Part shown: positions 48,867 to 56,935 of the stretch, piece after piece
Position numbering within the stretch: position 1 is the first letter of the stretch
Layout: every line of letters begins with the position of its first letter
Notes under the pieces: generated by a model
Seen by the model: the letters and a program-made list of their open reading frames with translations, nothing else
Told to the model about the DNA's origin: nothing
Databases searched by the model: none
Origin: Dehalococcoidia bacterium UBA6926
Lineage (GTDB): Bacteria; Chloroflexota; Dehalococcoidia; UBA6926
Reading direction: 5' to 3'
NCBI GenBank assembly: GCA_002450835.1
Contig: DKAM01000008.1
Span: 10,573-74,572, forward strand
Length of the DNA stretch: 64,000 nucleotides
Program-made: the position numbers and the translations under genes

Positions 48867-50786
48867 ATGAAATCTTCACGGAAAAAATATAGACGGTTTA
48901 ATCCTTCTTTTGCGTCCCAGGTTAACCTTGACGCTAATAATCGTGTAGTTGTTGCACAACTTAATGGCTTTAATAAATATGGGGATGCCGTAGGAGTTAC
49001 TGAAGACGGTGAAGTGATAGATGTGGCTTTTGGGATACCAGGAGAAGAGGTAGAAGTCGAAATTCTTGGTGACCGAGATGGAACCCTCTATGGGCGGGCC
49101 ATTAAGATTAACATTCCAGCTGAAAGCCGTACGATGCCTGAATGTCCTCACTTTGGTGAATGTGGTGGGTGCCAACTTCAACACATTGATTATGGCAAGC
49201 AATTGCAGTTAAAACGAGAGATTGTAATCAAAACCTTAAGGGAGACTGGAAATATTTTGGATCCACCGGTTTCAACAATGATTAAATCACCATCAACTTG
49301 GGGATATCGGAATAATGCTCGGTTTACTGTCCGGAATGAAGGGGACATCGGATTTACAAATTGGATTACCCACCGGTTCGAAGCCATTGATAACTGTAGC
49401 ATAGTTGATCCAAGGATTAATGATATCAAGAGCCAGATAAAAAATTCATTGACTTCCGATGATAGCCAACTTTCGGTTAGGGTTGGTGGTAATACCGAGT
49501 CTTACATGATTCAACCAAATATTTCTAATCGAAACATGCCTGAAGAACTTCAAACTGGACAGGCATATCACATAGAAAAATTGTTAGGATTTGATTTTAA
49601 AGTTTCCTCACCTTCCTTTTTCCAAGTTAATACAGAACAAGCGGAAACTATGGTGAATATCGTTAGACAAAAATTGGCCCCCACGGGTGTAGAAACTTTG
49701 GTTGATGCTTATGCTGGGGTAGGAGTTTTTGCTGGTTTATTGTGCCCATATTATGCTAATGTTATCGCCGTGGAAGAATCAGCGTCCGCGGTGGAAGATG
49801 CTCAACATAATTTAGTCGGCCTTACAAACATAAGCTTGATTCAAGAAAAAACCGAAAATGTAATGGGGAACCAAAATTTTATTATTGATCATTTGATCTT
49901 AGATCCTCCACGTTCTGGATGTCATAAATCAGTTTTGGACTCTATCATAGAAAATCCACCAGCAAAGATAGCTTATGTGTCTTGCGATCCTATGACGTTA
50001 TCCAGGGATCTTTCGCATCTAGTACTGGGAGGGTTTACCATCAAAGAAGTAATTCCTATAGATATGTTTCCGCACACCTCGCACATAGAGTCGATAACAA
50101 TTCTTGAGCGCCCTACCAGAAGTTCGTACGTTCTTGCATCTACATCCAAGAGACGTGTCGAATTACTCCGATTGATTGATCGTTCAGCTACTATACTTGC
50201 GCCTGCGCTTGACGAAGATGTTTTTTCAAGTGGTTTGAAAAAAGATCTTTCGCCGCCAAATTACGCTATGGAAATTGCTTTGGCTAAAGCCGATTCCTTA
50301 AAAGGCGAATCTAAAAAGCCAGTTATTGCCGCGGATACCGTAGTGGTTTCTCCGGACGGTGATATTTTTGGTAAACCTAAAAATGCTGATGAGGCGCGTA
50401 AAATGTTATATGCGCTAAGAGGTAAAACACATGAAGTGATAACCGGTCTTGGGTTAATCGATCCTGGTTCGCAGGAAAGTTATTCCAGTTTTGCTACTAC
50501 CAGCGTCCGATTTAGGAATTGTTCAGATAAGGAAATTGAAGAATATATTATGGCCGAACATCCTTATGACAAAGCTGGGGCATATGGAATTCAGGATATG
50601 GTACTTGATCCGGTAGAAGATTATTATGGTTGTCCCTTGAATATTTTGGGCTTTCCTATTTGTGACATACAAACTTTATTTGGGAAAATAGGCTTGGATC
50701 CGTTTAAAGATCTTCATAAAAACCCACCTAGAAATCTTCACAAAAATTGTCAAGAAATTTTTTCAATCTGGATGGCCACCCTATGA
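48867..50786 (+). CDS. fusion protein: RlmD/RumA-type RNA (uracil-5)-methyltransferase (N-terminal) plus Maf nucleoside-triphosphate pyrophosphatase (C-terminal)
   Basis: A single 639-aa ORF. The N-terminal part has a TRAM-like domain, a 4Fe-4S motif (CPHFGECGGCQLQH), the SAM motif LDPPRSGC and the nucleophile motif YVSCDPMTLSRD. From about residue 420 it has Maf motifs: YVLASTSKRRVELL, AADTVV, FGKP, GKTHEV, YDKAGAYGIQ and NILGFP. Confidence 0.85.
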   Translation: MKSSRKKYRRFNPSFASQVNLDANNRVVVAQLNGFNKYGDAVGVTEDGEVIDVAFGIPGEEVEVEILGDRDGTLYGRAIKINIPAESRTMPECPHFGECGGCQLQHIDYGKQLQLKREIVIKTLRETGNILDPPVSTMIKSPSTWGYRNNARFTVRNEGDIGFTNWITHRFEAIDNCSIVDPRINDIKSQIKNSLTSDDSQLSVRVGGNTESYMIQPNISNRNMPEELQTGQAYHIEKLLGFDFKVSSPSFFQVNTEQAETMVNIVRQKLAPTGVETLVDAYAGVGVFAGLLCPYYANVIAVEESASAVEDAQHNLVGLTNISLIQEKTENVMGNQNFIIDHLILDPPRSGCHKSVLDSIIENPPAKIAYVSCDPMTLSRDLSHLVLGGFTIKEVIPIDMFPHTSHIESITILERPTRSSYVLASTSKRRVELLRLIDRSATILAPALDEDVFSSGLKKDLSPPNYAMEIALAKADSLKGESKKPVIAADTVVVSPDGDIFGKPKNADEARKMLYALRGKTHEVITGLGLIDPGSQESYSSFATTSVRFRNCSDKEIEEYIMAEHPYDKAGAYGIQDMVLDPVEDYYGCPLNILGFPICDIQTLFGKIGLDPFKDLHKNPPRNLHKNCQEIFSIWMATL

Positions 50787-51280
50787 ATTTTGGAGATTTA
50801 GCTATTATTGCTACTCGATGGTTACACGTTATGGCTACCGTAACTTGGGTAGGTGGCAATATTATTTTTTATATCGTATTAAAACCCGACTCAGATGACA
50901 CCAAATCTAAGTTGCTTTCTGCTTCGTCGGGTAAGTCATTCGGTGAGGTTGTTGAACTCTCTAAATGGGTGTTGATCATAACCGGGGCGCTCTTAGCTTT
51001 GGATAATTTATCGACTCGAATCGCTATACCGTATTTCGCAATTCTCAGTTTGAAAATAGGATTGTCATTTTTAATGTTTATGCTTGGTTTTAAATTCTCA
51101 AAAAAAAGATCTGCTAAATCGGATGGGAAAAGATTTATGGTGCTACCTTTGAGCAACTTTAGATGGTATGGAACAGTCGGGTTTTTCAATCGGTTATCTA
51201 AATATATGAACACACGGAATATGATTTTTGCTTTAGGCCCAATCGTCATTTTTCTTGGTATTGCTCTGAGGGCCGTATAA
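50783..51280 (+). CDS. integral membrane protein (CopD-like H-x6-WVG motif)
   Basis: About 165 aa with 4 hydrophobic helices and HVMATVTWVGGNIIFYIVLKP. Its ATG overlaps the TGA of the upstream fusion gene (ATGA). Confidence 0.55.
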   Translation: MNFGDLAIIATRWLHVMATVTWVGGNIIFYIVLKPDSDDTKSKLLSASSGKSFGEVVELSKWVLIITGALLALDNLSTRIAIPYFAILSLKIGLSFLMFMLGFKFSKKRSAKSDGKRFMVLPLSNFRWYGTVGFFNRLSKYMNTRNMIFALGPIVIFLGIALRAV

Positions 51281-51282
51281 AT

Positions 51283-51645
51283 TCACTTGGTATATTTATC
51301 GGCACCTAGGAAATGAATAGAAACATAAGGCTCGTCTCCAACCACCCAACTATCATGCGGAGTTGATGGTACAAAGAAAATATCGCCTGGTTTCATAGTG
51401 GTAACTTCTCCATCTGGAAATGCAGCAGTGCAGAAACCAGAGACTACGATCCCAACGTGCTCAACATCACAAAAATCTTTTCCTATCAATGGACCTACAT
51501 GTTCTGACCATTTCCAACCTGGCTCGTAGGTTGCTCGTCCAATAATCATATTGTTTATTGTTACTGTTTCATAGGAGCCTTTATCAAAAACTTTTATTTC
51601 ATCAGGTGAATCGAACTGTTTTATTATTACGTCGAGCTCTTTCAT
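51283..51645 (-). CDS. cupin domain protein
   Basis: 120 aa with the beta-barrel-like motifs HVGIVVSG and GDIFFVPSTPHDSWV. Confidence 0.6.
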   Translation of the reverse strand: MKELDVIIKQFDSPDEIKVFDKGSYETVTINNMIIGRATYEPGWKWSEHVGPLIGKDFCDVEHVGIVVSGFCTAAFPDGEVTTMKPGDIFFVPSTPHDSWVVGDEPYVSIHFLGADKYTK

Positions 51646-51726
51646 CTCTTCTCCCTAATGGCATCTATGAATTAAAACAGCCCAGAATTGATGTGTCCGA
51701 TGTTTATACTAATATGATTCTTTGTT

Positions 51727-52755
51727 TTAACCCTTTAGTATCAATAATGACATAGTTAAGCTTAAGGTCAACATAAATCCAATTACGGCTAATGCAGTTA
51801 GAGCTACTTTAGATCCGAGTTGTACTACTTCTTTTAGGTCAACATTTGTTCCTATGCCTACCATCGAGATAACAAATAAATAATGACAAAGGGAGCGAAT
51901 ATAATCCGATAGTTCTTCATCAATAAAACCTGTTGTTTTCAAAACTGAAAGTGATATGAATCCTATAATGAACCAAGGTACGTTGTTTAACGCACTCATA
52001 TAGGTTGCTGCTTGGTTTTTTGTCATATCTTCTCCAGTTGTTTTCCAGAGGTTTGAGATTAATTGACTTATAACTAATATTGGGACCAATAAAATAACTC
52101 GAGATAGTTTTACAAGGGTTGCAACGGTTGCGGAAACACTACTAACACTTGCTGAAGCTGCGTAAACTTGAGCAACGGCATAGACTGTCATGCCTGCTAC
52201 TATTCCATATTGGTAATCGTTTAAACCGATCATCGGTGAAAAGAGCGGTAAAATTATAATTTGCGAGGCTCCAATAACGCTACTGATTCCAAGGACCGTG
52301 GCTAATTGGGAAGGACTTGCATTAATTATGGGTGCTATCGCAATAGCAGCTGCATTTCCGCACACTGAATTACTAACCCCTATTAAAATGGCTATTTTAC
52401 GATCCAGTTTTAAGAAATAGTGTCCAAAAATAAAAGCAACTATTAGGCCAAGCCCTACTCCCAATATTATTAAAATAGCGAGTGATATACCTCCCGTTAC
52501 TAGGTAAGTCATGCTAATACTTCCACCGAGCAGCAGTATCGATATTTCCAAGAGGTATTTTGAGATAAAATTACTTCCTTCTCTGTGCCAATTTGAGCCT
52601 CCAAGAAAATTCCTAAAGAGGACTCCAACTATAAGAGCCAAGATTAGAGGATCTAGTAGTATGTTCTTTCCTAATGCAGAAGTGAAGTACACTAGAGTAC
52701 CGGCAATTAAGCAAACGGTTACTCCTGGGATGTTTTTCGTCAAAAAATTGTTCAT
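51727..52755 (-). CDS. YeiH/UPF0324-family membrane protein (putative sulfate exporter family)
   Basis: 342 aa, about 10 TM helices, Gly/Ala-rich. It starts 13 nt downstream of pheA. The family call rests on size and topology only. Confidence 0.5.
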   Translation of the reverse strand: MNNFLTKNIPGVTVCLIAGTLVYFTSALGKNILLDPLILALIVGVLFRNFLGGSNWHREGSNFISKYLLEISILLLGGSISMTYLVTGGISLAILIILGVGLGLIVAFIFGHYFLKLDRKIAILIGVSNSVCGNAAAIAIAPIINASPSQLATVLGISSVIGASQIIILPLFSPMIGLNDYQYGIVAGMTVYAVAQVYAASASVSSVSATVATLVKLSRVILLVPILVISQLISNLWKTTGEDMTKNQAATYMSALNNVPWFIIGFISLSVLKTTGFIDEELSDYIRSLCHYLFVISMVGIGTNVDLKEVVQLGSKVALTALAVIGFMLTLSLTMSLLILKG

Positions 52756-52768
52756 AAAGGATGATTGT

Positions 52769-53644
52769 TTATTGATTTGAAAAACGAGGATAGCTTCCTA
52801 AAAGTCGGATTCTTTTGCACACTGAGTTGGTACCATTACTTAGTAAATCGTACGATTCACTTAGAGGTCCTTCACTAATATGCCCCAAAAATTCTGCGAA
52901 GAAAGTATACTCCCAAATACCCGCTGATCTATCTAATTTGGATGGCCGTGATTGGAGCATAGTTGCGCTCAGGCCCCGGCTTGAAAATGTATCAAGTACT
53001 GAAACTAATGCACCTGATTGATTCTGAACGTCGAAACTGAAAGTTGTTTTATCATTCCCACTTGGCTTTGAAGGTTCTTCCTGACCCAATACCCAAAACC
53101 TTGTTGCATTATCCTTTTCGTCTTCCATATGGGTTCTAAGAATTTTAAGGTTATATTGTTCAGCTGCAATTTCAGGTGCGATCGCAGCGGACCCCTTTTC
53201 TGAGGATTGCGCAGCGCGTTCTGCACCCCGTGCAGTGCTAGCCTCGGTTATGATTTCTATTTTATGGCCTAATTCTTTTTCAAGAGCGGCTATATTTTTT
53301 CTACATTGGCTAATCGCTTGCTGGTGTGAATATATACGGGTTATTTCGCTGGTCTCACCATTGGAAAGAAGGTGATGCGCTATGGGCAGTATTATTTCGC
53401 CTACTACACTCAGGTCCTCAGTTGTGAGCACTGCATCCATGGTCGTGCCTACCGTCCCTTCAAAAACGTTCTCTATAGCGAGGACCCCATAGTCTAACGT
53501 AGAATCTTTAACCTCTTGGCAAATGGCGTATGTTTCCATTGGTATGTAATCAGCGTTGGAGCCAAACTGCTTCATCGCAGCAAGATGTGTGAAAGTTGAC
53601 GCTGGCTGGAGGAATCCAACCTTAGGTCTTCGATTTTGGTTCAT
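52769..53644 (-). CDS. pheA: prephenate dehydratase
   Basis: 291 aa with VGFLQPASTFTH, the TRF motif (NATRFWVLG) and an ACT domain with SRPSK. Confidence 0.9.
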   Translation of the reverse strand: MNQNRRPKVGFLQPASTFTHLAAMKQFGSNADYIPMETYAICQEVKDSTLDYGVLAIENVFEGTVGTTMDAVLTTEDLSVVGEIILPIAHHLLSNGETSEITRIYSHQQAISQCRKNIAALEKELGHKIEIITEASTARGAERAAQSSEKGSAAIAPEIAAEQYNLKILRTHMEDEKDNATRFWVLGQEEPSKPSGNDKTTFSFDVQNQSGALVSVLDTFSSRGLSATMLQSRPSKLDRSAGIWEYTFFAEFLGHISEGPLSESYDLLSNGTNSVCKRIRLLGSYPRFSNQ

Positions 53645-53660
53645 TTTAGCAACCTTGTTT

Positions 53661-54914
53661 TTATATTAATTTGAAGAAACCTCTGTTTCCGATCTTAACT
53701 ATCTTCCCTTTAATACTTGAACTTAGAACTATCTCATTTGGCTCGGTATATTTTTCCCCATCGATCTCAATTGCCCCTTGCTTTATAAGCCTTCTCGCGT
53801 CCCCTTTGCTTGAAGTTTCATCTGAAAGCATACAAAGATCTAATATAGATAGATTTTCTTGAGCAGGGGTCTGAATTTCCAAGACGTCTTCCCTTTGTTC
53901 GCCTCGGGTAATTACTCTATTAAATTCTTCCCGAGCTGATTCTGCTAAATTGGCTCCATGGAAAATCTTTACGATTTCATAAGATAGCTTTGATCGATCT
54001 TCTCGCATTTCATGCCCAGCAGTAATGTTTTGTTTAATTTTTTCTATTTCATTATCGGAGGCATCAGTAAAAACACTAAAAAACAGGGGCAAAAGTTCGT
54101 CATTTACCTGGGTTAGCTTAAAGTACATATCTGCAGGTCGTTCATCTAGATCTACAGTGTTATTGTAGGTTTTACTCATTTTTCGGCCATCTAGACCGGG
54201 AATTAGTGGTGTCATTAATACGTGTTTGGCGTGGCTGTGAGCACTTCGAACAAAATCTCTGCCTACCATCATATTAAACATCTGGTCTCTTCCACCAAGT
54301 TCTGCATCTACATTCATAGCGACGGAGTCGTATCCTTGGAGAATTGGGTAAAGGGTTTCATGCATATGTAGGGGTTTATTTTCTTGAATCCTTTTTTGGA
54401 ACATGTCTCTCTCAATCAATCGCTGAACGGTTATCTGGGACGATAATTGCATAATGTCTTCAAGGGATAAATTACTCAACCATTCACTGTTATATTTGAT
54501 TTCTATTGGGTTATTTTTATGAAGATCTAGCACCCGGGAAATTTGGGAGATCCAATTAGTCGTATTGCTAACGACTTGGTCTTCTGATAATTGTTTTCTT
54601 TCTACGGTTTGACCAGACGGGTCCCCAATTCTTGCTGTAAAATCTCCAACTAAAAATATGACTTTATGCCCGTTTAATTGAAACCACCGTAATATTCTCA
54701 AGGATAAATAATGCCCCAGATGGAGGCTGCTACTGGTTGGATCAAATCCTTGATAGATTGTTAATGTTTTCCCTGAATTAATTGCTTCGTTGAGCTCATC
54801 TTGGACGATGATCTCCTCTATTAATCCCCTAGAAACAAGCCCATCAAGCGATATGTTCTTTAGGGTTTGGTTGATTTCTGGTACGTAAACAGAGTCTGTC
54901 ATATTTTGGCTCAT
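53661..54914 (-). CDS. tyrS: tyrosine--tRNA ligase
   Basis: 417 aa with the HIGH-type motif SSLHLGH, KMSKT and a C-terminal S4 domain. Confidence 0.95.
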   Translation of the reverse strand: MSQNMTDSVYVPEINQTLKNISLDGLVSRGLIEEIIVQDELNEAINSGKTLTIYQGFDPTSSSLHLGHYLSLRILRWFQLNGHKVIFLVGDFTARIGDPSGQTVERKQLSEDQVVSNTTNWISQISRVLDLHKNNPIEIKYNSEWLSNLSLEDIMQLSSQITVQRLIERDMFQKRIQENKPLHMHETLYPILQGYDSVAMNVDAELGGRDQMFNMMVGRDFVRSAHSHAKHVLMTPLIPGLDGRKMSKTYNNTVDLDERPADMYFKLTQVNDELLPLFFSVFTDASDNEIEKIKQNITAGHEMREDRSKLSYEIVKIFHGANLAESAREEFNRVITRGEQREDVLEIQTPAQENLSILDLCMLSDETSSKGDARRLIKQGAIEIDGEKYTEPNEIVLSSSIKGKIVKIGNRGFFKLI

Positions 54915-54991
54915 TGCTTGGTTACCTTTTTTGCTCTAGTTAATAATAACTCTTTTATCGTATCAATACCTCTAGGTAAAGTATGATTGGG

Positions 54992-55075
54992 TGGCAGGAG
55001 AGGGATTTGAACCCCCGTAGCCCTAAGGGCGCCAAGTTTACAGCCTGGTGCGTTTGACCGCTCCGCCATCCTGCC
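54992..55075 (-). tRNA. tRNA-Tyr (anticodon GUA), class II with long variable arm
   Basis: I folded the cloverleaf by hand. Acceptor stem: GGCAGGA/UCCUGCC, discriminator A. D-arm: GCG..GG..CGC. Anticodon arm: CCAGG-CUGUAAA-CUUGG. Variable arm: GCCC-UUA-GGGC. T-arm: GGGGG-UUCAAAU-CCCUC. CCA is not encoded. Confidence 0.93.
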
Positions 55076-55122
55076 ATTAGAGGGTAGTTTACCTGGAACC
55101 TAACTATTAAAGCTAGTTATTT

Positions 55123-56142
55123 CTAAATGGTTCTACCCATTGCCGTAACCACTTCTTCTAATTCTTTACGAAGTGCTGGTAATTCTTCAACTGGCAATGA
55201 TTGAGGTCCATCGGATAATGCCTTACTAGGATTTGGATGCGCTTCAATAATTAAACCATCTGCTCCTGCTGCAATTGCCGCCTTAGACATTGGTACAACT
55301 AGATCTCTCTGACCAGTGCCGTGGCTTGGATCTACGATTACTGGAAGATGAGACTCTTTCTTTAAGATTTGAACTGCTGTTAAATCCAAGACATTTCTTG
55401 AAAATTCATCGTCAAATGTCCGGATTCCTCTTTCACACAATATAACGTTCCAATTACCTTCACTAATGATGTATTCTGCACTCAATAGCCATTCGCGGAT
55501 TGTTGCATGGAATCCTCGCTTTAGTAGGACTGGCTTTCGGGTTTTACCAACTTCTTTTAGCAATCTAAAGGCGTGCATCGTCCTTGCACCGATTTGCAAA
55601 ATGTCAGCATATTCGACGCACATTTCTACATCTGCCTCAGACATAACTTCGGTTATCACCATCAAGCCATTTTTATCGGCTTCCTCACGCAGAATTTTGA
55701 GACCTTCCAGGCCTAATCCTTGGAAAGCATACGGAGAAGTACGAGGTTTGAATGCTCCACCTCTTAGTATTGGAAATCCTAAATTCTTGTCAGCTTCTGC
55801 CATTGTTTTAACTTGATCTTGATCTTCAACCGCACATGGTCCAACCATCATCGTAATCTTGTTATCTCCTATTTTCGTGCCATTGGGTAATTCGATCACG
55901 GTGTTCTCCTTTCGGAATTCCCTGCTAACGTGCTTGTACGGCTTCATTATAGGTATCACTCGTTCTACTCCATCTAGCCCTTCTAATGTTTCTTTACCCC
56001 CTGATCTCGTGTCTCCAATAACAGCAACGACATTTGTAAATTGACCTTTTTCGACATCTGCCTTATATCCCAAAGCCTCTATTTGATCGATAACTTTATC
56101 TAGATTTCCTTGGGTTGCACTGTTACTCATCACAACGATCAT
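55123..56142 (-). CDS. aroF: 3-deoxy-7-phosphoheptulonate (DAHP) synthase, type I-beta with an N-terminal ferredoxin/ACT-like regulatory domain (Thermotoga type)
   Basis: 339 aa with MIVVMSN..., GPCAVE, KPRTSPYAFQGLG, IGAR, LKRG, CERGIRTF, DPSH and ALSDG motifs. It appears collinear with the Thermotoga maritima enzyme as I recall it. An AGGAGG SD lies 5 nt before the ATG. Confidence 0.9.
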   Translation of the reverse strand: MIVVMSNSATQGNLDKVIDQIEALGYKADVEKGQFTNVVAVIGDTRSGGKETLEGLDGVERVIPIMKPYKHVSREFRKENTVIELPNGTKIGDNKITMMVGPCAVEDQDQVKTMAEADKNLGFPILRGGAFKPRTSPYAFQGLGLEGLKILREEADKNGLMVITEVMSEADVEMCVEYADILQIGARTMHAFRLLKEVGKTRKPVLLKRGFHATIREWLLSAEYIISEGNWNVILCERGIRTFDDEFSRNVLDLTAVQILKKESHLPVIVDPSHGTGQRDLVVPMSKAAIAAGADGLIIEAHPNPSKALSDGPQSLPVEELPALRKELEEVVTAMGRTI

Positions 56143-56180
56143 TTTTTCCTCCTAAATAACCAACATTGTCTTTTACTCAT

Positions 56181-56214
56181 AAAAAAACCCTCCCATATTT
56201 CCGGGAGGGTTTTT
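56181..56214 (-). terminator. strong intrinsic terminator (attenuator 3:4 helix) in the aroF leader
   Basis: The minus strand reads AAAAACCCUCCC-GGAAAUAU-GGGAGGGUUUUU plus further U. The 12-bp stem ends 38 nt before the aroF ATG. Confidence 0.8.
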
Positions 56215-56235
56215 AAATTTCTTTAATTAAATAAA

Positions 56236-56307
56236 CTAGACGACCACCACTCCCGCAGATTCTCTGCAGTAGTAAATAAAGTATTCTTTAAAATCGTAAA
56301 GTCTCAT
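56236..56307 (-). CDS. candidate Tyr/Phe-rich attenuator leader peptide (23 aa)
   Basis: The ORF from ATG to TAG encodes MRLYDFKEYFIYYCRESAGVVVV. It has 4 UAC and 2 UUU codons within codons 4-13, and its 3' half overlaps the alternative helices. An in-frame TAG lies two codons upstream. Confidence 0.6.
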   Translation of the reverse strand: MRLYDFKEYFIYYCRESAGVVVV

Positions 56308-56313
56308 TTGCTA

Positions 56314-56342
56314 ATCCTATTTGCGGGAATATGATTTGTCAA
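56314..56342 (-). promoter_or_regulatory. candidate promoter TTGACA-17-TAGGAT (alternatively, AGGA acts as the SD for the leader peptide)
   Basis: The minus strand has TTGACA at 56342-56337 and TAGGAT at 56319-56314. The leader ATG begins 7 nt after the -10 hexamer, which would imply a leaderless or near-leaderless transcript. Confidence 0.4.
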
Positions 56343-56465
56343 GAAATACAGAGCTTCGGGAACTATTTTTGGATATTTAAGGGAAACATGGAACTATAAA
56401 TTGGTCTCAATGGTTTTGATTGAGTTAGATCAATAATCGCGCTATTAGATGCTTCTTTGCTAAGT

Positions 56466-56930
56466 TCAAACTGTAAATCTTCCTAGAATCACCATTGTCA
56501 CCCCTATTAACACCAATATTGAGCCTAACACCATATTGACAGTAACCCTCTCCAGTTTTTGTAAGAATATATGGGTTAGCGCCATTGCGACCAAAGGGTT
56601 TATTGCTCCAATGGGTGATGCAACTGTTACCGGTGCGTTGGCTAGCGCACTAAACATGAAAAATACACCGAACGATGAAAAAATACCTGCAAGACCCATC
56701 ATGAAGAAAGCTTTTTTGGGTGCTTTTATATCTTTTTTGATGTTGTTTAAAGACATAAAGAGCAAAAATATCATGCCAAAGAAGATGGTCCAGGTAGCAC
56801 TGACGGAGGCCGGTGCTGTACTAGTAACTACGAACCTTGCTATCGTTTGGGTAGCACCATAGGCTGCGGCAGCTGCCAAAGCCGAAGCTAAACCTATGTA
56901 TAGTTGTTTTTTTATATTGGTAGTTATCAT
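56466..56930 (-). CDS. single-EamA-domain membrane protein (half-size DMT transporter)
   Basis: 154 aa with about 5 TM helices. It pairs with the upstream half-size gene, 5 nt away. Confidence 0.65.
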   Translation of the reverse strand: MITTNIKKQLYIGLASALAAAAAYGATQTIARFVVTSTAPASVSATWTIFFGMIFLLFMSLNNIKKDIKAPKKAFFMMGLAGIFSSFGVFFMFSALANAPVTVASPIGAINPLVAMALTHIFLQKLERVTVNMVLGSILVLIGVTMVILGRFTV

Positions 56931-56935
56931 TCGTG

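Noticed and set aside
56236-56262. A T-box-like string GGGAGUGGUGGUCG just upstream of the aroF terminator. It superficially resembles the GGGUGGUACCGCG T-box core with a UGGN bulge.
   Set aside because: I could not find a Stem I, a specifier loop with a Tyr/Phe/Trp codon, a GA/K-turn motif or a Stem III in the roughly 230 nt upstream. The same nucleotides are fully explained as region 2 of a leader-peptide attenuator lying inside a Tyr/Phe-rich short ORF.
56406-56424. A hairpin CTCAAT-N7-ATTGAG about 40 nt after the EamA gene stop, considered as a terminator.
   Set aside because: The stem is only 6 bp and AT-rich, and no U-run follows it. This is not enough to call a terminator. Read-through into the aroF leader cannot be excluded.
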